A stretch of DNA of 40,374 nucleotides from Solirubrobacterales bacterium. GTDB taxonomy: Bacteria; Actinomycetota; Thermoleophilia; Solirubrobacterales; 70-9. The position numbers and the translations under genes were made by a program. Each line of letters begins with the position of its first letter. The first letter of the stretch is position 1. The DNA lies in contig JAUMBO010000101.1 in assembly GCA_032119635.1 (NCBI GenBank), positions 1-40,374 of the forward strand. The letters are read 5' to 3'. The notes under the pieces are model-generated. The model ran no database searches. It had not been told where the DNA came from and saw only the letters and a list, made by a program, of their open reading frames with translations. Below are positions 9,421 to 18,236 of this stretch, one piece after another.

Positions 9421-9819
9421 ATGATTTCGGTCACTTCGAAGTCGCGCTACGCAGTAGTCGCCCTCGCCGAGCTGGCCCGCTCGGGCGAACACCCGGTGCC
9501 CGTCAAGGAACTGGCCGAGCGTCGCGCCATGCCGGAACAGTTCCTCGAGCAGCTTTTCTCGACTCTCCGCCGCGCCGGTTTTCTGGAGAGCCACAGGGGG
9601 AGCAAGGGCGGGTACACGCTGGCCCGGGCTCCTGAGGAGATCACCGTGCTCGAAGTCGTCCAGGCGCTCGATGGCGTGATTGGCCAGGAGGCCGAGGAGG
9701 CCGGCGGGATCTGGGCCGAGGGGGTCGAGTCGCTCCGCTCGGTTTTCGGGGCAACCACAATCGCCGAGATCCTCGAGCGGGAGTCGGCTGAGGCGCGTTC
9801 GGGGATGTACTTCATTTGA
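9421..9819 (+). CDS. Rrf2-family transcriptional regulator (CymR-like by context), 132 aa
   Basis: MISVTSKSRYAVVALAELA...VPVKELAERRAMPEQFLEQLFSTLRRAGFLESHRGSKGGYTLA is a typical Rrf2 winged-helix domain. It lies directly upstream of cysK-cysE and overlaps cysK by 4 nt. Confidence 0.85.
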   Translation: MISVTSKSRYAVVALAELARSGEHPVPVKELAERRAMPEQFLEQLFSTLRRAGFLESHRGSKGGYTLARAPEEITVLEVVQALDGVIGQEAEEAGGIWAEGVESLRSVFGATTIAEILERESAEARSGMYFI

Positions 9820-10736
9820 TCGCCCCGCAGGCATCGGCGACGGTTGGAGGTACTCCGCTCGTCTGGCTGGCCCGACTCGGGGAGGGACTCGAGGCGGACG
9901 TCTGCGGCAAGCTCGAGTACTTCAATCCCGGCGGCTCGGTCAAGGACCGGATCGGTGCAGCGATGATCGGTGCGGCCGAGGCCGAGGGGAAGCTCGAGCG
10001 TGGCAAGTCGGTGGTCGTCGAGGCGACCAGCGGCAACACCGGGATCGCCCTGGCGATGATCTGTGCCGCCCGGGGCTACGAACTCGTAGTGACGATGCCG
10101 CAGGGCATGAGCCGGGAACGGGCGAAGCTCCTACGGGCCTATGGGGCGACGGTGATCGAGACCGAGACGACCGGGGGAATGGACGAGTCGGTCGACCTTG
10201 CCCGCGAGATCGCCGCCGAGAGGGGCGCCTTCATGCCACTCCAGTTCTCGAACCCGGCCAACCCCGAAGCGCACTTCCGGACCACCGGGCCCGAGATCTG
10301 GGCCGACACCAAGGGCGAGATCGGGGCCTTCGTGGCCGGCGTCGGTACCGGTGGCACCATCACCGGGGTCGGTCGCTACCTGCGGGAGCAGGATTCCGAC
10401 GCTCTCCTGGTCGCGGTCGAGCCCGCAGGCTCACCGGTCCTTTCCGGCGGCCGTGTCGGCCCTCACCGCCTCCAGGGAATCGGCGCCGGATTCGTGCCCG
10501 GCGTGCTCGAGGTCGACCTGATCGACGAGATCATCAAGGTCGATGACGAGAAGGCGATCTCGACCGCTCACCGGCTCGCCTCCGAGGAGGGAATCCTGGG
10601 TGGGATCTCGGCCGGGGCAAACGTCGCCGCCGCACTCGAGCTGGCAGAACGACCCGAGTTCCGGGGCAAGCGGATCGTGACCGTGATCTGCGACTCGGGC
10701 GATCGGTACATGTCGCTTCCCTTCTTCGCCCCTTGA
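9816..10736 (+). CDS. cysK: Cysteine synthase A / O-acetylserine sulfhydrylase (306 aa)
   Basis: GKLEYFNPGGSVKDRIG (PLP lysine), EATSGNTGIALA and GVGTGGTITG. TTG start in a TTGA overlap with the Rrf2 stop. Confidence 0.92.
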   Translation: MIAPQASATVGGTPLVWLARLGEGLEADVCGKLEYFNPGGSVKDRIGAAMIGAAEAEGKLERGKSVVVEATSGNTGIALAMICAARGYELVVTMPQGMSRERAKLLRAYGATVIETETTGGMDESVDLAREIAAERGAFMPLQFSNPANPEAHFRTTGPEIWADTKGEIGAFVAGVGTGGTITGVGRYLREQDSDALLVAVEPAGSPVLSGGRVGPHRLQGIGAGFVPGVLEVDLIDEIIKVDDEKAISTAHRLASEEGILGGISAGANVAAALELAERPEFRGKRIVTVICDSGDRYMSLPFFAP

Positions 10737-11503
10737 CTCGCGTGTCACGCCCCCCGGAGGAAGAGGGAAGCGTCGAGGCGGACCGGCCGAAAGGGCCGGG
10801 CGGCATTCGGTCCGAGGTCGAGGTAGCGCGGGAACGCGACCCGGCTACCGAGGGCGTATCGAACGCGACGATCGTCGCCGGTTGGCCCGGGGTCCAGGCC
10901 GTACTGGCCCACCGGCTCGCTCACTCCCTGATCGAGTCCGGCGTGCCCTTCCTGCCCTACTTCGTCTCCTGGCTGGCTCGGGTCATCACCGGGGTCGAGA
11001 TCCATCCCCGGGCGAAGATCGGACGGCGGTTCTTCGTCGATCACGGCTCCGGGGTCGTGATCGGGGAGACGGCCGAGCTGGGAGACGACGTGACGATCTA
11101 CCAGGGAGTCACCCTCGGGGGAACCGGATTCGAGGGCGGCAAGCGGCACCCGACCGTCGATGACAACGTGACGATCGGGTCCGGGGCGAAGCTTCTCGGT
11201 CCGGTCAGGATCGGCCACGGGGCAAAGATCGGCGCCAACGCTGTGGTGATCGACGACGTTCCCCCCAACTCGACCGTGGTCGGCAATCCTGGCCGGCCGG
11301 TTCGGGTCGAGGGCCGGCGCCCTGAAGGTCCGGATGCCGACTGGATCCACCTTCCCGACCCGATCCAGGAGGCCGTCCAGGCACTCTCCGACCGGATCGA
11401 CGAGCTCGAACAGGAGGTCGCCGGGCTCTCGGGACGCAGTGCCCGCAAGCCGCCGCTCGAGGACCGCGAGCCTCGTCAGGGGCGGTCCCCGGCCGGGGGC
11501 TGA
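10733..11503 (+). CDS. cysE: Serine O-acetyltransferase (256 aa; the GTG at 10742 is an alternative start)
   Basis: Left-handed beta-helix hexapeptide repeats: GVEIHPRAKIGRRFFVDHGSGVVIGETAELGDDVTIYQGVTLGGTG...GKRHPTVDDNVTIGSGAKLLGPVRIGHGAKIGANAVV. TTGA overlap with the cysK stop. Confidence 0.9.
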   Translation: MTRVSRPPEEEGSVEADRPKGPGGIRSEVEVARERDPATEGVSNATIVAGWPGVQAVLAHRLAHSLIESGVPFLPYFVSWLARVITGVEIHPRAKIGRRFFVDHGSGVVIGETAELGDDVTIYQGVTLGGTGFEGGKRHPTVDDNVTIGSGAKLLGPVRIGHGAKIGANAVVIDDVPPNSTVVGNPGRPVRVEGRRPEGPDADWIHLPDPIQEAVQALSDRIDELEQEVAGLSGRSARKPPLEDREPRQGRSPAGG

Positions 11504-11520
11504 CGCGCCTCGCCCGCCGG

Positions 11521-11526
11521 TATCCT
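11521..11526 (+). promoter_or_regulatory. Putative -10 hexamer TATCCT, 6 nt upstream of the pcrA GTG
   Basis: TATCCT-cgcccg-GTG(11533); no Shine-Dalgarno sequence. Confidence 0.35.
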
Positions 11527-11532
11527 CGCCCG

Positions 11533-13740
11533 GTGGGAGCGTCCGCCACAGTCGAGAGCCTGAATCCCGAGCAGAAGAGCGCCGTCGAGTACGGCGACGG
11601 TCCGCTGCTGGTGATAGCCGGAGCTGGGTCCGGCAAGACGAGGGTGCTCACCCACAGGATCGCCCACTTGATCGACACCGGCCGGGCAAGACCCGGCGAG
11701 ATCATCGCGATCACCTTCACCAACCGGGCTGCCGAGGAGATGCGTGAGCGGGTCGGGGCCCTGCTCGGTCGGACCGCCGCCGGGATGTGGGTCTCGACCT
11801 TCCACTCGGCCTGCGCCCGGATGCTCCGTGTGGATGCTGAGCTGCTCGGCTATGGCCGGTCGTTCACGATCTACGACGAGGCCGATTCGGTCCGGATGGT
11901 CAAGCGGGCGATGGAAGAGCTCTCTTTCGATACCAGGGAGCTGCCCCCGAAGACGGTGAAGCGCCGGATTTCCTCGGCCAAGAACGAGCTGATGGACCCT
12001 GCAGCGCTGACTGCATCGGCGCGAGGCCCGTTCGAGGAGCAGATCGGCGAGATCTACGCGCTCTACGAGCAGCGGATGCGCGAGAGCAACGCGATGGATT
12101 TCGACGACCTCCTGATTCGCACGGTGGAGATGCTCGAACGGTTCGACGACGTTCGCGAACGGTGGCGCTCTACCTTCCGCCACGTGCTGGTCGACGAGTA
12201 TCAGGACACCAACCACGCCCAGTACAGGCTCCTCGTCCAGCTGGCCGGCGAACGGGGCAACCTGACCGTGGTCGGGGACGAGGACCAGTCCGTTTACGGG
12301 TTCAGGAATGCCGACATCCGGAACATCCTCGAGTTCGAGCGCGAGTTTCCCGACGCCGGCGTGGTCAAGCTCGAACAGAACTACCGCTCGACCCAGACGA
12401 TCCTCTCGGCCGCGAACGGAGTCGTCCGCAACAACCACGACCGCAGGCCGAAGGAGCTCTGGACCGACCAGGGCGAGGGCGAGCCGGTCGAGGTGCTCGG
12501 ACTGGCCGACGAGCACGAGGAGGCCAGGTGGGTGGCCGACCGCGTCGAGAAGTACGCCGAGCTCTCGGAAGGGGGGCTGGACGACGTCGCGGTCTTCTAC
12601 CGGACCAACGCGATGAGCCGGGTCCTGGAAGACACCCTTGTCAGGTTCGGGGTCCGTTACCGCGTGGTCGGTGGGACCAAGTTCTACGACCGGGCCGAGG
12701 TCAAGGACGCCATCGCCTACCTCCAGTACCTGGCCAATCCGGCCGATTCGGTGGCCTTTGCGAGGATCGTGAACACGCCGAGACGGGGCATCGGCAAGAC
12801 CTCGCTGGCGAAGGTGACGGCCCATCTCAACACGGTCGGTGAGCCGATCTGGGACCTCGCCTCCGAACCGGAGCGGATCCCCGGGCTCGGTCCGGCCGCC
12901 GTCAAGGCGCTCGACGCCTTCCAGCAGATGATGGGTGAGCTCCGGGACCAGGCCGACTCGGGAGGGGTGGGGGAGCTGCTCGAGGCGGTGCTCTCGAAGT
13001 CCGGTTATCTCGAGGCGCTCGAGTCCGATCGCTCGGTCGAGGCTCAGGGGAGGATCGAGAACCTCGAGGAGCTGGTCTCGGTCGCGCGAGAGTTCGACTT
13101 GACCGATCCAGCCGGGGACCGGGCCGACGGAACCGTGCTGGAGGGGTTCCTCGAGCAGATCGCGTTGCTGACCGACCGCGAGGGCGAGGAGGAGCAGGGC
13201 GAGACGCTCAGTCTGATGACCCTCCACAACGCGAAGGGTCTCGAGTTCGACTCGGTGGTCATGATCGGGTGTGAGGAGGGTCTGTTTCCCCACGGACGCT
13301 CGCTCGACGAGGGCGGAGAAGAGGAGGAGCGGAGGCTCTGTTACGTCGGCATGACCCGGGCCCGGCGGCGACTGTCGATGAGCTGGGCGCTCTCGCGGGG
13401 CTTCCACGGCGAGTCGGGTGGACCGTCACGCTTCCTCGATGAAATCCCTTCGGAACTGGTCGAACGTCACGAGCCGGACCGCCCGGCCCGTTCCTTCAGG
13501 AGCTACGGCGTGCCGGGTCGGGTCATGGGGTCCGGCGGGATGCCGGCACCTCCGAAACCGCGCGAGCCCGGCGAGATACCGGCGGTCACGGTCGGCGACG
13601 ACGTCGAGCACGAGAGCTTCGGGACTGGCGTCGTGATTGGAACCGAACCCGGCGGACTGATCGTTGTCCGGTTCTCGGCCGACGGGACCGAGCGCAAATT
13701 GATGGCCGAGTACGCCCCGATCGTCCGGAAGGCCGGATGA
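11533..13740 (+). CDS. pcrA: ATP-dependent DNA helicase PcrA/UvrD family (735 aa)
   Basis: SF1 helicase motifs: AGAGSGKTRVLTHRIAHL (Walker A), VDEYQDTN, TLHNAKGLEFD and YVGMTRA. The C-terminal Tudor-like tail is VGDDVEHESFGTGVV. Confidence 0.92.
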   Translation: MGASATVESLNPEQKSAVEYGDGPLLVIAGAGSGKTRVLTHRIAHLIDTGRARPGEIIAITFTNRAAEEMRERVGALLGRTAAGMWVSTFHSACARMLRVDAELLGYGRSFTIYDEADSVRMVKRAMEELSFDTRELPPKTVKRRISSAKNELMDPAALTASARGPFEEQIGEIYALYEQRMRESNAMDFDDLLIRTVEMLERFDDVRERWRSTFRHVLVDEYQDTNHAQYRLLVQLAGERGNLTVVGDEDQSVYGFRNADIRNILEFEREFPDAGVVKLEQNYRSTQTILSAANGVVRNNHDRRPKELWTDQGEGEPVEVLGLADEHEEARWVADRVEKYAELSEGGLDDVAVFYRTNAMSRVLEDTLVRFGVRYRVVGGTKFYDRAEVKDAIAYLQYLANPADSVAFARIVNTPRRGIGKTSLAKVTAHLNTVGEPIWDLASEPERIPGLGPAAVKALDAFQQMMGELRDQADSGGVGELLEAVLSKSGYLEALESDRSVEAQGRIENLEELVSVAREFDLTDPAGDRADGTVLEGFLEQIALLTDREGEEEQGETLSLMTLHNAKGLEFDSVVMIGCEEGLFPHGRSLDEGGEEEERRLCYVGMTRARRRLSMSWALSRGFHGESGGPSRFLDEIPSELVERHEPDRPARSFRSYGVPGRVMGSGGMPAPPKPREPGEIPAVTVGDDVEHESFGTGVVIGTEPGGLIVVRFSADGTERKLMAEYAPIVRKAG

Positions 13741-14594
13741 GCGCCCGGATCCTCGACGGCAAGACGATCGCGGCCGCGGTCCGGGCCGATCTCGTTTCCG
13801 AGGTCCAAGCGGTGGCCGCTTCGCTGGGTCGCCCCCCGGCGCTGGCGACCGTGCTGGTCGGTGAGGACCCCGCTTCGGAGGTCTACGTGGCGAACAAGCA
13901 CAAGGCCTGTGAGGAGGTCGGGATCGCCTCGGTCCACCGGGCAGTCCCGGCCGACGTCGGCCAGGCTGGCCTGGAGGAGATCGTTGCCGGGCTGAACCTC
14001 GACCCCGAGGTCGACGGCATCCTCGTCCAGCTTCCCTTGCCGGACGGGCTCGACTCCGGCCCGGTTATCGATTCGCTGGACCCCGCCAGGGACGTCGACG
14101 GCCTGACCGCGATCAATCAGGGGATGCTCGCCTCGGGCGATCCGGGACTGGTTCCCTGCACGCCGGCCGGGGTGATCGAGATCCTCGATCGCTCGGACAT
14201 CGGGATCTCCGGTCGTGAAGCGGTGATCGTCGGCCGTTCCAACCTCGTCGGCAGGCCACTGATCAGCCTCTTCCTGGGTCGCGATGCGACCGTGACCGCG
14301 GCACACTCGCGGACCACTGACTTGGTCGCGGTCTGCCGCCGGGCCGACATCCTGGTTGCCGCGGTCGGGGTGCCGGGTCTGATCGGGGCCGAGCACGTCA
14401 AGCCCGGGGCGACCGTGATCGACGTCGGGATAAACCGGACTGACGATGGCCTGGTCGGCGACGTCAGGTTCGACGAGGTGGCGGAGATCGCGGGGGCGAT
14501 CACCCCGGTTCCGGGAGGCGTCGGTCCGATGACGATCGCGATGCTCCTCGCCAACACCGTGCGGGCCGCCGCGGCAGGGGCCGGGAGCCGGTGA
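13737..14594 (+). CDS. folD: Bifunctional 5,10-methylenetetrahydrofolate dehydrogenase/cyclohydrolase (285 aa)
   Basis: ILDGK...LATVLVGEDPASEVYVANKHKACEEVGI, LVQLPLP, VIVGRSNLVGRPL and PVPGGVGPMTIAML. ATGA overlap with the pcrA stop. Confidence 0.93.
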   Translation: MSARILDGKTIAAAVRADLVSEVQAVAASLGRPPALATVLVGEDPASEVYVANKHKACEEVGIASVHRAVPADVGQAGLEEIVAGLNLDPEVDGILVQLPLPDGLDSGPVIDSLDPARDVDGLTAINQGMLASGDPGLVPCTPAGVIEILDRSDIGISGREAVIVGRSNLVGRPLISLFLGRDATVTAAHSRTTDLVAVCRRADILVAAVGVPGLIGAEHVKPGATVIDVGINRTDDGLVGDVRFDEVAEIAGAITPVPGGVGPMTIAMLLANTVRAAAAGAGSR

Positions 14595-14971
14595 AGGCCC
14601 GACACAATCCCGTGATGCCGGTCGATCTGCTGATCGGTGTCGGGGGCACCGTGCTCCTGATCGCGCTCGGACTGGACTGGTCGGGCGGAGAGAGCGGCTA
14701 CGCGTCGCTCTCGGTACTCAAGGTCATCCTCATCCTCTTCGGGATCGGGACACTGCTCGAGCCGGTGGTGCTCCTGATGACCCGAAAGACGGACGTGCCG
14801 GTCGTCTGGCAGACCCTCCTGTTGCTCGCCGGGACGGTGCTCTCCCTGGTCCTGGTCGGCAAGGCGGTGTTGCCGCCCGAAGCGGAATTCGAGACCGGCT
14901 TCTATCTCGGCCTCGCCGGCCTGCTGGCCGCGACGGTCGGGATCTGGATCACGGTTTCGCGCGAGAACTAG
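14591..14971 (+). CDS. Hypothetical small integral membrane protein (about 126 aa, about 4 predicted TM helices)
   Basis: Four hydrophobic segments and a GTGA overlap with the folD stop. I recognise no family; the ATG at 14615 is an alternative start. Confidence 0.5.
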   Translation: MKARHNPVMPVDLLIGVGGTVLLIALGLDWSGGESGYASLSVLKVILILFGIGTLLEPVVLLMTRKTDVPVVWQTLLLLAGTVLSLVLVGKAVLPPEAEFETGFYLGLAGLLAATVGIWITVSREN

Positions 14972-14995
14972 GCCGCCTGCCCGATTTGGCTGGAC

Positions 14996-15001
14996 TAGAC
15001 T
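14996..15001 (+). promoter_or_regulatory. Putative -10 hexamer TAGACT, 7 nt upstream of the gatC GTG
   Basis: TAGACT-caggccg-GTG(15009). Confidence 0.35.
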
Positions 15002-15008
15002 CAGGCCG

Positions 15009-15299
15009 GTGATCGACCGTGAGCAGGTAGTGCACGTGGCCCGCCTGGCCCGACTCGAGCTCGGGGAAGGCGAGGTCGAGGCCCTGTCCGGCGAGCTCTC
15101 CTCGATCCTCGACCACGTCGACCGGCTGTCCGGAGTCGACGTCTCGGGCGTCGAGCCGACGACCCACGTCGTCCCGCTGGAGAACGTCCTCAGGGACGAC
15201 AATCCGGGCGAGGAGCTGAGTCCGGAGGAGGCCCTCACCCCGGCCCCGAGCACCGAGGATGGTGCCTTCCTCGTACCCTCACCCCGCACCGAGGGCTGA
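15009..15299 (+). CDS. gatC: Asp-tRNA(Asn)/Glu-tRNA(Gln) amidotransferase subunit C (96 aa)
   Basis: VVHVARLARLELGEGEVEALSGELSSILDHVDRL...VEPTTHV is a typical GatC. It is followed by gatA and gatB. Confidence 0.9.
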   Translation: MIDREQVVHVARLARLELGEGEVEALSGELSSILDHVDRLSGVDVSGVEPTTHVVPLENVLRDDNPGEELSPEEALTPAPSTEDGAFLVPSPRTEG

Positions 15300-15302
15300 G
15301 GC

Positions 15303-16736
15303 TTGGCCGACGACCGGCTGACCGCCGAATCCGCCTGCGCGACCGGTGATGCGATCCGGTCTGGTGATATCGACGGGGCCGAGTGCCTGGCAGCCTGGTC
15401 GGAGCGGGCCGGGGCAGATCGCCTGAACGCCTGGCTCTGGAGGGGCCCGGAGCCGACTGACCGGGAGATCACCGGGCCGCCGGTCGCAGTCAAGGACATC
15501 TTCTGCACGAAAGGCATCCCGACCACTGCGGGATCGCGGATCCTCGAGGGTTACCTGCCCCCCTTCGATGCCACCGCCGTGGCCCATCTGCACGAGGCCG
15601 GGCTGCCCGTCCTCGGCAAGACGAACATGGACGAGTTCGCGATGGGGTCATCGAACGAGAATTCCGCCTACGGACCGGTCCTCAACCCCTGGGACAGGAC
15701 CCGTGTTCCGGGTGGCTCCTCGGGCGGGTCAGCTGCCGTCGTGGCGGCGGGGGAGGCACCCTGGGCGCTCGGCACGGACACCGGCGGCTCGATCCGCCAG
15801 CCTGCCGCACTTTGCGGAATCGTCGGACTGAAGCCGACCTACGGCGCCGTTTCGCGCTTCGGGATGATCGCCTTCGCCTCGTCGCTCGACCAGTGCGGGA
15901 CCTTCGCACGGAGCGTGGAGGACGCGGCCGAGCTGCTCTCCATCGTCGAGGGGAGCGACCCCCGTGACGCGACCTCGACCGGAATACCCGGGGGCATCGC
16001 GCGTCCGGGCGCGACCGACCTCCAGGGCATGACGATCGGGGTGCCCAGAAAATTCCTCGAGGCCGGGGTCGAGCCGGGCGTGGCCCAGAGGTTCGACGAA
16101 GCCCTTGCCCGGATCGAGGATCTCGGTGGCTCGGTCCGTGACATCGAGCTCCCACACGCCGAGCTGGGTATTTCGGCGTACTACGTGATCGCACCGGCCG
16201 AAGCCTCGACCAACCTCTCCCGCTACGACGGGGTCCGGTACGGGATGCGGGTCCCGGCCGACGACCTGGTCTCGATGTACGAGCGGACCAGGGGGGAGGG
16301 CTTCGGCCCGGAGGTCAAGCGCCGGATCATGCTCGGCACCTACGCCCTCTCCTCGGGGTACTACGACCAGTACTACGGCACGGCCCAGAAGGTCAGGACG
16401 ATGATCGTGCGCGACTTCGCAGCCGCCTTCGACGAGGTGGACCTGATCGCGACCCCGACCACGCCCGGGGTCGCCTTCGAGCTCGGGGCGAAGACCGACG
16501 ACCCGTGGACGATGTACCTGAACGACCTCTTCACCGTTCCGATGTCGCTGGCCGGCATTCCGGCGATCTCGATTCCGGCCGGCCTTGCCGCACCGCCGGA
16601 AGGCGGAGAGGAGCTGCCGGTCGGCCTTCAGCTTGCAGCGCCCGCCTTCGCCGAGCAGCGTCTGCTCGAGGCGGCCCATGCGCTCGAGGCGGCGATCGGG
16701 TTCGATGGCCGCCCGGGGGAGGAGTCCGGGGCGTGA
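15303..16736 (+). CDS. gatA: Asp-tRNA(Asn)/Glu-tRNA(Gln) amidotransferase subunit A (477 aa)
   Basis: Amidase signature: [31 protein letters not shown] and [14 protein letters not shown]...[15 protein letters not shown] start. Confidence 0.93.
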   Translation: MADDRLTAESACATGDAIRSGDIDGAECLAAWSERAGADRLNAWLWRGPEPTDREITGPPVAVKDIFCTKGIPTTAGSRILEGYLPPFDATAVAHLHEAGLPVLGKTNMDEFAMGSSNENSAYGPVLNPWDRTRVPGGSSGGSAAVVAAGEAPWALGTDTGGSIRQPAALCGIVGLKPTYGAVSRFGMIAFASSLDQCGTFARSVEDAAELLSIVEGSDPRDATSTGIPGGIARPGATDLQGMTIGVPRKFLEAGVEPGVAQRFDEALARIEDLGGSVRDIELPHAELGISAYYVIAPAEASTNLSRYDGVRYGMRVPADDLVSMYERTRGEGFGPEVKRRIMLGTYALSSGYYDQYYGTAQKVRTMIVRDFAAAFDEVDLIATPTTPGVAFELGAKTDDPWTMYLNDLFTVPMSLAGIPAISIPAGLAAPPEGGEELPVGLQLAAPAFAEQRLLEAAHALEAAIGFDGRPGEESGA

Positions 16737-18187
16737 CCGACGGCCTGCCCGAAGACCTCGAGGCGGTGATCGGGCTGGAGATCCATGTCCAGCTGGCGAC
16801 CGAGACGAAGATGTTCTGCGGCTGTCGACTCTCGTTCGGAGACCCGCCGAACACCCATACCTGTCCGGTCTGCCTCGCCCACCCCGGGGTGCTCCCGGTG
16901 CCGAACCGGAGGGCGATCGAGTTCGCCCTCCAGATCGCCCTCGCCCTCGGCTGCGAGGTCGCCCCTCACTCGATCTTCCACCGCAAGAACTACTTCTACC
17001 CGGACAACCCGAAGGCGTACCAGATCAGCCAGTACGACGTTCCGCTTGCCTCCGGAGGCGAGCTCGCCGGCGTCCGGATCCACCGTGCCCACCTCGAGGA
17101 GGATGCGGCCAAGATGATCCACATCGGTGAGAGCGGCCGGATCCAGGGTTCCAGCGGGTCGCTGGTCGACTTCAACCGGGCCGGCACGCCTCTGGTCGAG
17201 ATCGTCACCGAGCCAGACATCCGGTCGGCTGCCCAGGCGCGGGAATGGGGCCAGCTGCTGCGGGAGACGGTCAGGCAGCTCGGGGTCTCGGACGTGAACA
17301 TGGAGGAGGGCAGCCTCCGTTGTGATGCCAACGTCTCGGTTCGGCCGAAGGGGAGCTCCGAGCTCGGAACCAAGACCGAGCTGAAGAACATGAACTCGTT
17401 TCGCTTCCTGGAGAAGGGGATCGTCGCCGAGCTGGCCCGCCAGGCCGATCTGGTCGGGGCAGGGGGGAGGGTGGTCCAGGAAACGCTCCACTTCGATCCC
17501 GGAACCGGGGCCCTTCATCCGCTCCGCTCCAAGGAGGAGGCTCACGACTACCGCTACCTGCCGGAGCCCGACCTGGTCCCGCTCGGCCCCGACGCCGAGA
17601 TGCTCGACCGGGTGAGGGATGCCCTGCCGGAGCTACCGGAGGCTCGGGCCAAGCGGTACCGGGAGGAGCTGGGCATTCCCGACGACCAGGCCCGGCTGCT
17701 CTCCACCGAGGCAGAGTGGGCGTCCTTCCTCGAGCAGATGCTGGCCGCCCCGGCCGGGCCCGAGCCGAAGGCGGCCGCCACCTGGCTGACCGGGGAGTAC
17801 GCCGGCGAGCTCCGTCGTCAGGGTGACATCGAGCCCGACGCTTCCCCGGTGACGCCCGAGAGCCTTGCCAGCCTCGTTTCGATGGTTCAGGCGGGTCGCA
17901 TCTCCCATGGGACGGGCAAGGAGCTGCTGGCCCGGATGGTCGCCGACGGGATCGATCCCGAGGCGACGGTCGAAGCAGAGGGCCTCGCCCAGCTCTCCGA
18001 CTCGGGCGAGCTGGCCAGGATCGTCGAGCAGGTGATCGCTGAGAATCCCGGGCCGGCAGAGGAGGTCCGCTCCGGTAACCGGAAGGCGATCGGGGCACTG
18101 GTTGGGGCCACGATGAAGGCGACCGGGGGACGGGCCGACGGCGGCGAGGTCAACCGGATCCTGAAGGAGAAGCTGGGGTCGGACTGA
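16733..18187 (+). CDS. gatB: Asp-tRNA(Asn)/Glu-tRNA(Gln) amidotransferase subunit B (about 484 aa)
   Basis: EAVIGLEIHVQLATETKMFCGC, NTHTCPVCLAHPGVLP, NYFYPDNPKAYQISQYD and a C-terminal GatB/YqeY domain. GTG at 16733 in a GTGA overlap with the gatA stop. The tracked ORF start at 16505 lies inside gatA. Confidence 0.92.
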   Translation: MTDGLPEDLEAVIGLEIHVQLATETKMFCGCRLSFGDPPNTHTCPVCLAHPGVLPVPNRRAIEFALQIALALGCEVAPHSIFHRKNYFYPDNPKAYQISQYDVPLASGGELAGVRIHRAHLEEDAAKMIHIGESGRIQGSSGSLVDFNRAGTPLVEIVTEPDIRSAAQAREWGQLLRETVRQLGVSDVNMEEGSLRCDANVSVRPKGSSELGTKTELKNMNSFRFLEKGIVAELARQADLVGAGGRVVQETLHFDPGTGALHPLRSKEEAHDYRYLPEPDLVPLGPDAEMLDRVRDALPELPEARAKRYREELGIPDDQARLLSTEAEWASFLEQMLAAPAGPEPKAAATWLTGEYAGELRRQGDIEPDASPVTPESLASLVSMVQAGRISHGTGKELLARMVADGIDPEATVEAEGLAQLSDSGELARIVEQVIAENPGPAEEVRSGNRKAIGALVGATMKATGGRADGGEVNRILKEKLGSD

Positions 18188-18200
18188 GCCGTCCTGGCCC

Positions 18201-18216
18201 CTCCGGCCTGCCGGAG
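18201..18216 (+). terminator. GC hairpin after the gatB stop (ctccgg-cctg-ccggag); no U-tract
   Basis: 6-bp perfect stem with a 4-nt loop, 14 nt after the stop. Confidence 0.25.
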
Positions 18217-18224
18217 CGCCCTCC

Positions 18225-18230
18225 TATACT
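18225..18230 (+). promoter_or_regulatory. Putative -10 hexamer TATACT, 6 nt upstream of the ndh ATG
   Basis: TATACT-cgggct-ATG(18237); no Shine-Dalgarno sequence. Confidence 0.4.
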
Positions 18231-18236
18231 CGGGCT

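Noticed and set aside
11476-13407. A 643-aa ORF on the minus strand spanning almost all of pcrA. Similar long antisense ORFs occur at 8043-9434, 14117-15526, 15729-16679, 18150-19535, 23644-24792, 25634-26497, 26526-28082, 28818-30014, 32838-35192, 36526-37866 and 38361-39173.
   Set aside because: Each lies antisense to, or out of frame with, a gene carrying unambiguous conserved-family motifs. Their translations are Arg/Gly/Pro/Asp-rich low-complexity strings with no recognisable domains. Stop codons are rare in the non-coding frames of high-G+C DNA, so these are shadow ORFs.
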